A DNA stretch of 62,495 bases, from positions 1 through 62,495 of IMG/VR virus record IMGVR_UViG_3300022670_000211. One strand, 5' to 3'. The position numbers and the translations under genes were made by a program. Below are positions 54,850-62,351 of the stretch, piece by piece. The notes beneath the pieces were generated by a model, which was not told the DNA's origin, made no database searches, and saw only the letters and a list, made by a program, of their open reading frames with translations. The DNA is from a virus. The number at the start of each line of letters is the position of its first letter. Position 1 is the first letter of the stretch.

Positions 54850-55097
54850 ACAACGATATAATCTCAGATGGTGACTTATGTGTCATCAAGAATTGTGATG
54901 GTACTTTGAAGCTAACGCAAGAGCCATGCTTTTGTAGTGCTACTAGTATGCCGCCGTGTAGCTCATGTGAAAATAGTATACTCGCATGTGATACTTGCGA
55001 CTGGAATGAGGACGAGGACCCTGGAGACTGGGACCTTCATCTTAAGCCAAAACCTAACACGATCACCTATGACAAAAGTATGAAAAAATTATTCTAA
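54846..55097 (+). CDS. Cys-rich (zinc-binding?) protein (83 aa)
   Basis: CVIKNC...CFC...CSSC...CDTC. Confidence 0.55.
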   Translation: MNNDIISDGDLCVIKNCDGTLKLTQEPCFCSATSMPPCSSCENSILACDTCDWNEDEDPGDWDLHLKPKPNTITYDKSMKKLF

Positions 55098-55114
55098 TTT
55101 AGGGGAGGCTAAAA

Positions 55115-55282
55115 ATGAAAGATAAAGAATTTTTACAATGGATTCACGACAGAATGCTGCATGTTCATGGTGAGAATCCACCGGTTGACTATATGTGCAA
55201 ACTTAGGGCAATTATCGCGGCTACTGACCCAAACAAGCTAACGCCGAATGTTTGTAATAGCTGTGAAAAACTTAAAAAGTAG
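55115..55282 (+). CDS. small ORF (55 aa, not in track)
   Basis: GGGGAGG RBS; my translation starts MKDKEFLQWIHDRMLHVHGENPPVDYMCKLRAII... Confidence 0.5.
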   Translation: MKDKEFLQWIHDRMLHVHGENPPVDYMCKLRAIIAATDPNKLTPNVCNSCEKLKK

Positions 55283-55288
55283 CCATCT

Positions 55289-55507
55289 ATGACCACTAAA
55301 ACATTTGCTCTAATAATCTGTGAAGACCATGACTTTCTTATCGTGAAAAAGGAAGTCGTGACAGTCGAGGTCGAAAATCATCAACAAGCTATGGATTACT
55401 TTATCGATAAACATCATGAAGAGTTATTAGGTTTAACCCTAATGACTTTTTGTTTTAAGGACGAGGCGAAAAAATACGGTTACAAATTTTTAGAAATAAA
55501 AAAGTAG
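55289..55507 (+). CDS. hypothetical protein (72 aa)
   Basis: ORF. Confidence 0.55.
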   Translation: MTTKTFALIICEDHDFLIVKKEVVTVEVENHQQAMDYFIDKHHEELLGLTLMTFCFKDEAKKYGYKFLEIKK

Positions 55508-55516
55508 GAGTAGATA

Positions 55517-55723
55517 ATGAACACAGCAACGCACAGGCAGAAAAAGGGTAGTAAAGTTTGGACTCTACCTAAACGCAAGTTACTAATTAAAATGAGCGGC
55601 TACTTTACTAAAGACGAAATGGCGGAAAAGCTGGGCCTGGAAGTCTCCCAAGTCGTCGAAATGTGTAACCGGACCGGTGCTAGTCACCGCGTTACAAAAA
55701 ACATAGAGGATTATGTGGAATGA
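55517..55723 (+). CDS. putative HTH protein (68 aa)
   Basis: FTKDEMAEKLGLEVSQVVEMCNRTG; AGGAG RBS. Confidence 0.5.
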   Translation: MNTATHRQKKGSKVWTLPKRKLLIKMSGYFTKDEMAEKLGLEVSQVVEMCNRTGASHRVTKNIEDYVE

Positions 55724-56019
55724 AAAATCGTAAATACAAAAGTAAAAGTTTCTATAAACCTAATGAAATTCGCACCAATAAAGCCGGTGATAAAACGTGG
55801 TTTGAGAATGGTGTTGTTCATCGGGTCGGGTTACCGGCCATCGTATTTGCTGACGGTTCTAAGGATTGGATCGAGCATGGCGATTTTCATAATGTATCAG
55901 GACCGGCGCGCACGTTTGCCAAAAACAACGGCAAAGCTTGGTTTATCCGTGGCGAACAATTAACCGAAGCTCAATTTAACGCGCGCGTATACGAGGCATT
56001 TACCTATGAACATCAGTAA
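55720..56019 (+). CDS. MORN-repeat (variant) protein
   Basis: GDKTWFENGVVHRVGLPAIVFADGSKDWIEHGDFHNVSGPA. Confidence 0.6.
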   Translation: MKNRKYKSKSFYKPNEIRTNKAGDKTWFENGVVHRVGLPAIVFADGSKDWIEHGDFHNVSGPARTFAKNNGKAWFIRGEQLTEAQFNARVYEAFTYEHQ

Positions 56020-56410
56020 TATAGATTATAATTCTATACCTGAGGATATAATTACTCTGTACGAAAACTTCTGTATGAATATACTCAATGTGTGTGTAAA
56101 ACAGACAACCGTAGCTATAATTGTCGACTTAGAAAATAACTTTCACCTAGGCTATAACTCTTGTGCGACCCCACAATTATTATGCCCTAGAGGTGATATG
56201 CCAACCGGAGAGGGTTATCACTTATGTATTGAGGTATGTCACCAAACAGGTCATGCCGAGGTAAACGCATGTAAACAAGCCGGTCCTCACTGTACTTACG
56301 CTAGTTTGTATCTATTTGGTCACACGTATTGCTGTGATGATTGTATAAAGGTGATGAAAGAATATGGTGTGAGTGACGTACTTATTACTAAAAGGAATAC
56401 CAGACTATGA
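56006..56410 (+). CDS. dCMP/cytidine deaminase family protein
   Basis: Zinc motifs GHAEVNA and YCCDDC (HAE...PCxxC type) in a 134-aa protein. Confidence 0.8.
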   Translation: MNISNIDYNSIPEDIITLYENFCMNILNVCVKQTTVAIIVDLENNFHLGYNSCATPQLLCPRGDMPTGEGYHLCIEVCHQTGHAEVNACKQAGPHCTYASLYLFGHTYCCDDCIKVMKEYGVSDVLITKRNTRL

Positions 56411-56892
56411 AGACAATTAAAAAACCTAAGTTTTTATTATCTGCTATCGCTATCCTTACTCTTATTGCGGTTGTGAGCACTGGGGCTGTTTGTGGTGCAT
56501 TAGATGCGGCACCATGGCTAACGTTCCTTATAGATAGTTTTATCGGGGTTATGGGTCTTTATGCCTACCATAGAGCAGCGTTAATGATCTTACATATCCG
56601 ATTTAGTGGTGAAAAGGGACCTAGAATTATGGCGAATTACCCTCGAAGTACGGAAGATTACCAGGGTACCTTTAGGCTAACCGAAGATGAAATAGAGTTA
56701 TATGCCCGCGTTGAAAAGTACCTTATCGACAGCGATGTGGCGTCTATGCACGCTAGTCGCAAGCTATCTAACGAGTTATCTAATTGGTGCAGAGAACGCG
56801 ATATACCTACACATCAATTAAATTCTGCAAAAATGACAATCGGTGACAGACTAAGAAAACATGGCCTCATTGAAAAGCGTATCAGACCATGA
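56407..56892 (+). CDS. membrane protein with two N-terminal TMDs (161 aa)
   Basis: FLLSAIAILTLIAVVSTGAV and FLIDSFIGVMGLYAY. Confidence 0.6.
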   Translation: MKTIKKPKFLLSAIAILTLIAVVSTGAVCGALDAAPWLTFLIDSFIGVMGLYAYHRAALMILHIRFSGEKGPRIMANYPRSTEDYQGTFRLTEDEIELYARVEKYLIDSDVASMHASRKLSNELSNWCRERDIPTHQLNSAKMTIGDRLRKHGLIEKRIRP

Positions 56893-57407
56893 TTAGCCTT
56901 ATGGGTTGGGTATTTTTTGCCGCGTTTTGGGTGCTCTTGTATTTCGGTAAAGAGGATAATCATGATTATATGTATTGCTTAATTTTGGCAATTGCTTGTT
57001 TATCTATTAAGCCAGCAGATAGCGCCGAATACGAGATCACGTATTACGTGGTATCAAAGCATATCGAGTCGAAGATGAACAGCACCACGGAATATAACAG
57101 CGACCATTGTTTTATTGGGATCGAATATCGGACCGGTAATCATGGTTATGCTTTTTCGTCGTTTTGTAACAGCTACTATAAGCAGTCGTACTTGATCGAT
57201 TACGCGCGGTACTGGCAACCATATACTGATATAGAGTTTAGCGCTCGTATTGGTGGAGTCACTGGCTACGGTGACGAATACAAGTATTGTGGCAAGGTTT
57301 GCCCCATGGCGTCGGTCGGTATCGCTTACACTGCCAATAAATACATTATCCCTAAGCTGTCTTTTGCTCCTGGGGTCTTCGTTTTAACTTTTAGTATGAG
57401 GTTTTAA
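56889..57407 (+). CDS. possible outer-membrane beta-barrel protein (172 aa)
   Basis: Hydrophobic leader, alternating aromatic and polar segments, and a C-terminal ...VFVLTFSMRF ending in Phe. Confidence 0.4.
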   Translation: MISLMGWVFFAAFWVLLYFGKEDNHDYMYCLILAIACLSIKPADSAEYEITYYVVSKHIESKMNSTTEYNSDHCFIGIEYRTGNHGYAFSSFCNSYYKQSYLIDYARYWQPYTDIEFSARIGGVTGYGDEYKYCGKVCPMASVGIAYTANKYIIPKLSFAPGVFVLTFSMRF

Positions 57408-57410
57408 ATT

Positions 57411-57626
57411 ATGTTTTTTAAATTCCTAGTATGGTTCGGTAAGTTATTTAATATAGATGGCGCTCCGATTTGTAGAGTGTGGAGTGATGATAAAACAGAA
57501 AGCTACACATTATATAACAATGGTTGGATCATTATTGCGTCACCTAAAGACGAGTCAACGGATATGCTCCACATATGCCAAGTTAGCGAAGTATTAATCG
57601 CTAAATTTGAAGCTAAATTAGCATGA
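57411..57626 (+). CDS. hypothetical protein (71 aa)
   Basis: ORF. Confidence 0.55.
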   Translation: MFFKFLVWFGKLFNIDGAPICRVWSDDKTESYTLYNNGWIIIASPKDESTDMLHICQVSEVLIAKFEAKLA

Positions 57627-57838
57627 AAAGGATTAAAGCTAAGGCGCGTAAAGCCGCCGGTAATATTTACTGTGACCATTGCAAGCCTGAAAAGGTTGAC
57701 GCTATTTGGCGCGGTAGACGTGGTAATCATCAAGCGGGCGATTATGCCTGTGATGATCACAAGCATTTAATAGTAGATGAACCCGAAGACGACGGTCATA
57801 TGACCGAAGCCGATTATCAAACATGGGGAAGATTATGA
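57623..57838 (+). CDS. small Cys/His-containing protein (71 aa)
   Basis: CDHC ... CDDHKH. Confidence 0.55.
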   Translation: MKRIKAKARKAAGNIYCDHCKPEKVDAIWRGRRGNHQAGDYACDDHKHLIVDEPEDDGHMTEADYQTWGRL

Positions 57839-58002
57839 ATAATATCACTAGAATACAATTAGCACTTTTAATACTACAAGTAAGCAGTCTTATGTACTGT
57901 TTATTTACAGGTAGTAACCCTTTGTATACGCATACAGGTTTTTCTATGTGGGGACTTTTACCTATACTGGCGCTAAATTTTCTACATACAACACGAAACT
58001 AA
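57835..58002 (+). CDS. small membrane ORF (55 aa, not in track)
   Basis: My translation starts MNNITRIQLALLILQVSSLMYCLFTGSNPLYTHTGFSMWGLLPILALNFL...; ATGA overlap. Confidence 0.45.
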   Translation: MNNITRIQLALLILQVSSLMYCLFTGSNPLYTHTGFSMWGLLPILALNFLHTTRN

Positions 58003-58011
58003 GGCCTCGTC

Positions 58012-58182
58012 ATGAGAAACGAATACAAGGTTACTTACGAAATGCCACCTATCAGCGAGATAGTAAAAGAGCAATTTATAAAAGCTCACAACATACAAAA
58101 CGCTGTTAGTTTTTTCTTTTCAGATAAAGAGTGCACTACCGTTGTCTTTAAAGTTGAACTAATAGATACCGATGTGGAGTAG
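58012..58182 (+). CDS. small ORF (56 aa, not in track)
   Basis: My translation starts MRNEYKVTYEMPPISEIVKEQFIKAHNIQNAVSFFFSDKE... Confidence 0.45.
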   Translation: MRNEYKVTYEMPPISEIVKEQFIKAHNIQNAVSFFFSDKECTTVVFKVELIDTDVE

Positions 58183-58185
58183 ATT

Positions 58186-58425
58186 ATGAGAAAGAAAAAA
58201 TATAGAGGCGTTTTTATGTGCTGCGAAACCGAAGTCGAAACCACAGAAGAGTTCGAAGACTGGATCGGTGACGACGGTAAGTTAGTTATGCCAATAAGCC
58301 AAGTAGTCGACGACTGGGCTTATGGGTTCTATGACAAAGGCCCTTATAAAGAGATCAGCTTTGAAGATATAACCGAGCCAATGGCGACCGTTGACGACTG
58401 GGAAAAACTGTGGAGCAAACTATGA
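58186..58425 (+). CDS. acidic hypothetical protein (79 aa)
   Basis: ORF. Confidence 0.55.
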   Translation: MRKKKYRGVFMCCETEVETTEEFEDWIGDDGKLVMPISQVVDDWAYGFYDKGPYKEISFEDITEPMATVDDWEKLWSKL

Positions 58426-58610
58426 AAAAGAGAAAAAACGGTAGGAATGACTCTAAAGGCCGATGGCGATCAAGAGTTACCCTAGCGTATGACACTTGTG
58501 AAGTTAAGACAGCTTACGATACTAAAGAAGATGCTTTACAAAAAGGTATGAAATCTTACCAATGTCAGTTTTGCGGTAAGTGGCACCGAACTAGTATAAA
58601 AAAGAGGTAG
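58422..58610 (+). CDS. small basic protein with CxxC (62 aa)
   Basis: ATGA overlap with the previous stop; YQCQFCGKWH. Confidence 0.55.
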   Translation: MKKRKNGRNDSKGRWRSRVTLAYDTCEVKTAYDTKEDALQKGMKSYQCQFCGKWHRTSIKKR

Positions 58611-58615
58611 CTAAT

Positions 58616-58819
58616 ATGTTTAACACTATAAGAGAACGCGGCGGCGTAGCTGATACAGATACTTTAACTGTGGAAGAAATACGAGCCACCGCTTTAGCCA
58701 ATGGCTTTAAACTCAAGCAACAACCTAACGGCGAAATGGATCTAAACCCGTATGTTTATAAGTTTGTTAGAGCTATATTGATTAAAGCTAAATATAAGGG
58801 AGGCCAAACCGGACCATGA
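58616..58819 (+). CDS. hypothetical protein (67 aa)
   Basis: ORF. Confidence 0.55.
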   Translation: MFNTIRERGGVADTDTLTVEEIRATALANGFKLKQQPNGEMDLNPYVYKFVRAILIKAKYKGGQTGP

Positions 58820-59091
58820 TTAATATGAATGGCTTGGCCGAAGACTTCACCGAAGTCATAGCGCGTATGCTTTTGCGTAAACAAATGATACTAGAAGGCT
58901 ACCCTATTAGTGCCGATATGCCTAATACTGACCATTGGCGCGACTTGTACCTAAATGGATATAGGGGTGAGAGTCCCTTTACCGCTATGGATACTTTACG
59001 ATATAACCATTTCAAGGCCGAAGTTGATGGCATTGTCTGTCTGCTTCTGAACCACACCGACAAACGAATGTTTAACATGCTAGAAGAATAA
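58816..59091 (+). CDS. hypothetical protein (91 aa)
   Basis: ORF. Confidence 0.55.
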   Translation: MINMNGLAEDFTEVIARMLLRKQMILEGYPISADMPNTDHWRDLYLNGYRGESPFTAMDTLRYNHFKAEVDGIVCLLLNHTDKRMFNMLEE

Positions 59092-59125
59092 AGCTAAAGA
59101 CTAGCCTAGGTCCCAGGCAAATATA

Positions 59126-59160
59126 ACCAAGTTAGTGTCTAGTGCTATACTTAACTTGGT
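59126..59160 (+). terminator. Hairpin, weak terminator candidate
   Basis: Stem accaagtta/taacttggt with a 17-nt loop and a poor U-tract; preceded by CCCAGGCAAATA. Confidence 0.35.
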
Positions 59161-59228
59161 CATTGTTTATGATGCTAGTGTACCTGTGAACCCTGAAAAT
59201 TTTATATACTAACCGGAGAAAAAAAATT

Positions 59229-59582
59229 ATGCCAAATAATACTGATAAAACTAAATTTGACCCCGAAGCTCAATACTCAGTTCTATATAGCTTTGAAGAA
59301 TCTGAGGATATAGAGCAAGACCCAGTATCTAGAAAAACTATGATTAAAGCTGTCACAGATAGACTTAGGTCTTATGGAGCGCCGATAGATACAATTTTTA
59401 TCCTGACGTATTTGCCTGTCGGTAGTATCGAGTCTAAAGACTCTGTGGGTTACTTAGGATGTAAAACCGTCCCTTTCCCTTTGAGTGCTATAGCCAAAAA
59501 GAACCTCGACCATTGTAGCTCTAAAGACTCAGTTTTTGCTCGGGAGTTAAAAGAAGACATGCAATTAGCGTGGTCTAGCTAA
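59229..59582 (+). CDS. hypothetical protein (117 aa) in a terminator-bracketed cassette
   Basis: ORF with a GGAGAAAAAAAATT-ATG RBS. Confidence 0.6.
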   Translation: MPNNTDKTKFDPEAQYSVLYSFEESEDIEQDPVSRKTMIKAVTDRLRSYGAPIDTIFILTYLPVGSIESKDSVGYLGCKTVPFPLSAIAKKNLDHCSSKDSVFARELKEDMQLAWSS

Positions 59583-59606
59583 GACCCCTTAAAACCCAGG
59601 CAAATA

Positions 59607-59637
59607 AAAAGCCCTTATTGAGTATAAGGGCTTTTTT
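59607..59637. terminator. Strong bidirectional rho-independent terminator
   Basis: AAAAAGCCCTTAT-tgagt-ATAAGGGCTTTTTT between convergent genes. Confidence 0.85.
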
Positions 59638-59706
59638 CATGAACACATATCTAAAAACAAACTAACCAAAACAATATTAGTATAGGCTATTCTAAGAAAT
59701 TAGATA

Positions 59707-60696
59707 CTAAAACTTCCTCTGTATCTTAGCGTCTAGTATTTTATCGATTCGAGCGCCCGCGGCTCTTACTTGGGCTACGGTCATTTTCTTCATCATTAAG
59801 CTAACCGCTTTCCCTGCTGTTTTATGACCTTCAAGGCTCGCCAATGTTAACCACATAAAAGCAGATTCAATGTTACGGTCTGTGCCATCGCCTAAGTAAT
59901 ACATGTTCCCTAATCTAAACTGAGCGTCAGGATACCCAAGTTTTGCCGCAATTGTGTAATATTTTAGCGCTTTAGTTTTATCTACCGGTGCGCCTCGACC
60001 TTGATAATATGCTAGCCCGACATTGTACGCGGCAAATTTGTTACCTTTATCAGCACTCATTTTGTACCATGCTAGCGCTTTGTTAAGGTTTATCTCCACA
60101 CCACGGCCTAGTTCGTACACGATACCGATATAATACTCAGCTCTATGTGATCCTTGCTTCGATGCTTTGATGAACCACGACAACGCTTTGTTATAATCTT
60201 GCTTAGTACCACGGCCTAAATAGAACATCACGCCTAAATCTACTTGAGCTTCGGCTAATCCACCATCAGCAGCAGCTTTAAAATACCGAAAAGCTATTAC
60301 TCGGGTTTGGTTATCGTTACCGTACCGATCATACAGTTCGCCTAACTTAGCGCTAGCTTCTAAATATCCTTGTTGATGGGCTAAATGTAGCCATTCTATC
60401 GCTCTACCTAAGTCCTGACCCACTATCATCCCCTCGTAATAGTAAAGCCCTAATTTGTACTGTGCGGCGGCGTCACCCGCGTTCGCTTTTTTCTCTAAAG
60501 CACTGGCTATTTTTAACAAGTCCATCAAATGCGCTTGCGTTTCGACACCATCGACCCCGTATGTTTTATCAAGTGCTACGTCTTGGGCGTTCGCTGTTAC
60601 GACGGCTGATACCGCGAGCGCTAGTGCTAGGATGATATGCGCTAGCACTATTGCGATTACTTTATGTTTGGTCTTTAAATTTTTAAAATATTTCAT
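59707..60696 (-). CDS. secreted Sel1-like repeat (SLR/TPR-type) protein
   Basis: Signal peptide MKYFKNLKTKHKVIAIVLAHIILALALAVSAVVTANA-QD; at least six repeats of the type A..WY.KAA.QG...AQ..LG.MY..G.G...D; the track ORF starts 13 codons upstream. Confidence 0.75.
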   Translation of the reverse strand: MKYFKNLKTKHKVIAIVLAHIILALALAVSAVVTANAQDVALDKTYGVDGVETQAHLMDLLKIASALEKKANAGDAAAQYKLGLYYYEGMIVGQDLGRAIEWLHLAHQQGYLEASAKLGELYDRYGNDNQTRVIAFRYFKAAADGGLAEAQVDLGVMFYLGRGTKQDYNKALSWFIKASKQGSHRAEYYIGIVYELGRGVEINLNKALAWYKMSADKGNKFAAYNVGLAYYQGRGAPVDKTKALKYYTIAAKLGYPDAQFRLGNMYYLGDGTDRNIESAFMWLTLASLEGHKTAGKAVSLMMKKMTVAQVRAAGARIDKILDAKIQRKF

Positions 60697-60703
60697 GATA
60701 CTT

Positions 60704-60901
60704 TTACCCTTTACGTTTATTAGTCTTTGTTTCATTTATGCTGGTGATAATCACGCTACTAGCATAACCACCAAAATCTTTAGCGACACCGTTTTGCGCG
60801 TCACTCATTGCTTGCTCTAATGTTTCGGCACTGATAGTACCGTCACCTGTTGCTTTACATGACTTACTTTTATAACTGAACTTAAACTTAAAATGCTTCA
60901 T
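60704..60901 (-). CDS. hypothetical protein (65 aa)
   Basis: ORF. Confidence 0.5.
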   Translation of the reverse strand: MKHFKFKFSYKSKSCKATGDGTISAETLEQAMSDAQNGVAKDFGGYASSVIITSINETKTNKRKG

Positions 60902-60904
60902 TGG

Positions 60905-61189
60905 TTATTTCTCCCGCTCGTAATATACAACTTCTACTATTTTTAACGTGATTAGTAACAAGCGCCATGCTGAGTACGGCATTTGTCGGTTATCGAACTT
61001 ATTACGTGGTACCTCCCATTTAGCGACGGTCGATGATCCTTTATCAGTCCAGCGAACGCCTACTATTTTGGCAACGTCAATTTGAGTTAAGCCGAATTCT
61101 TTTCTTAACCTTTGAAGATCGCCAGGACCGGGCGGCTCAATATTTCTATCGGTAGCTAATAATTTACAATTCTCTTTAATATAACTCAT
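60905..61189 (-). CDS. XRE-family HTH protein (YiaG/antitoxin-like)
   Basis: LQRLRKEFGLTQIDVAKIVGV....STVAKWE...PYSAWRLLL. Confidence 0.65.
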   Translation of the reverse strand: MSYIKENCKLLATDRNIEPPGPGDLQRLRKEFGLTQIDVAKIVGVRWTDKGSSTVAKWEVPRNKFDNRQMPYSAWRLLLITLKIVEVVYYEREK

Positions 61190-61192
61190 AGG

Positions 61193-61735
61193 CTATTTTT
61201 CCTTAATGATTTTGACTCTGTGGCCTAATTTCTCTTCAATTTCGGCTACGGTTAGTTCGATAGCATGTAAAGGCGTAAAAGCATAACTAACCATTTCTCT
61301 AAGTGCCGAAAGTCCGCTGTTCGTCATACATGCGCGCCCCACATATTCGTTCTTTGGCTGAATATGCCATTTATCGGTATTCACGAAAACAGGCGGGTGC
61401 ATCATAGCGAAAGTTAGTGCGTCCTGTTCCAGTTCGCGCTTTAGCCTTGCTTCGGCTCTCCGGCGATTTTCTAGCTCTGAGTGAAAAGACGCTAGACTTT
61501 TATACTGCTTACCGTTTAGCCAAAATTCTGAGACTCGATCATTATTCTCTAGCACCGCCGCGCCGTATTCATTGTGCAACTTGCCATGCTGGTACCAAGC
61601 CTTGCGACCGTAGGCGGATATCACCGCCGGTGCTCCTTCTCGGTGATAATCGTTAGTACCTGCAAGGTGCCAATACTCGCTCCCGCTATCGTAAACGTTT
61701 ACTTTATATGTGGTCATGATTATTGTCTCTGACAT
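61193..61735 (-). CDS. MORN-repeat (variant) protein with the C-terminal AEIEEKLGHRVKIIK motif
   Basis: YWHLAGTNDYHREGAPAV..YGRKAWYQHGKLHNEYGAAV; the alternative start at 61717 is coupled to the upstream small ORF. Confidence 0.6.
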   Translation of the reverse strand: MSETIIMTTYKVNVYDSGSEYWHLAGTNDYHREGAPAVISAYGRKAWYQHGKLHNEYGAAVLENNDRVSEFWLNGKQYKSLASFHSELENRRRAEARLKRELEQDALTFAMMHPPVFVNTDKWHIQPKNEYVGRACMTNSGLSALREMVSYAFTPLHAIELTVAEIEEKLGHRVKIIKEK

Positions 61736-61899
61736 TTGAGGATTAGTTTAAAAAAGCTTGTGTTAAACATACTTGTACCAACTATTACGTAGCGCCCGTT
61801 TTCTGATATTTCTCCCGCGACCACTTTAGTACCTACTTTCATATGTGGCATATTACCGCCTACACGAATAATTCTGTCGCCTCTTTTAAATTTTGGCAT
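61720..61899 (-). CDS. small ORF (59 aa, one codon below the track cutoff)
   Basis: My translation is MPKFKRGDRIIRVGGNMPHMKVGTKVVAGEISENGRYVIVGTSMFNTSFFKLILKCQRQ; GAGGAAAAG RBS; E5 lies 23 nt upstream. Confidence 0.5.
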   Translation of the reverse strand: MPKFKRGDRIIRVGGNMPHMKVGTKVVAGEISENGRYVIVGTSMFNTSFFKLILKCQRQ

Positions 61900-61922
61900 A
61901 AGCTCTTTTCCTCTTGGTTTAA

Positions 61923-61970
61923 TAGAATGTTTCTAATAGCCAGCTATCGCAAACTGGCTATACAAAACGC
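61923..61970 (-). promoter_or_regulatory. Early intergenic hairpin cassette E5
   Basis: Minus sense reads GCGTTTTGTATAGCCAG-tttgcgatag-CTGGCTATTAGAAACATTCTA. Confidence 0.7.
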
Positions 61971-62290
61971 TATTTAATGACTTTAATTTTATAGCCTAAT
62001 TTCTTTTCAATTTCGGCTATGGTCATATCCGTAGTCTGGTTCAATGCGGCGGCGTGTCCTGCTTTGGTACATTTCTTACCATCAAGCCACCACTCGCGGC
62101 CACCGTCGGTATCTTCAACCGCCGGTCCCTGGGTCCTGTGCAACTTGCCAAGCTTATACCAGTATTTATCACCGTTACATGTCTGAGCGGGTAAATCACC
62201 TTCTCTGTGCCTTTGACCATTTATTAGCCACGTTTCGCTGGCGTGGGTATGTGTGCTTTCTTCTACTACTTCTACTTGATATGTAAGCAT
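61970..62290 (-). CDS. MORN-repeat (variant) protein with the C-terminal AEIEKKLGYKIKVIK motif
   Basis: WLINGQRHREGDLPA..NGDKYWYKLGKLHRTQGPAVEDTDGGREWWLDGKK; the ATG at 62290 has AGGAG 8 nt upstream; the track ORF extends to 62362. Confidence 0.65.
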   Translation of the reverse strand: MLTYQVEVVEESTHTHASETWLINGQRHREGDLPAQTCNGDKYWYKLGKLHRTQGPAVEDTDGGREWWLDGKKCTKAGHAAALNQTTDMTIAEIEKKLGYKIKVIK

Positions 62291-62351
62291 TGGTTTTGCT
62301 CCTAGTGGTGTGTGTGGGTGAATTGTTGGTCTGCCTCGGTGGTACCATTGT

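Noticed and set aside
60905-61189. Whether the XRE HTH protein signals a lysogeny module
   Set aside because: No integrase, excisionase, partition system or CI-type repressor architecture occurs anywhere in the genome. The gene sits inside the early lytic operon.
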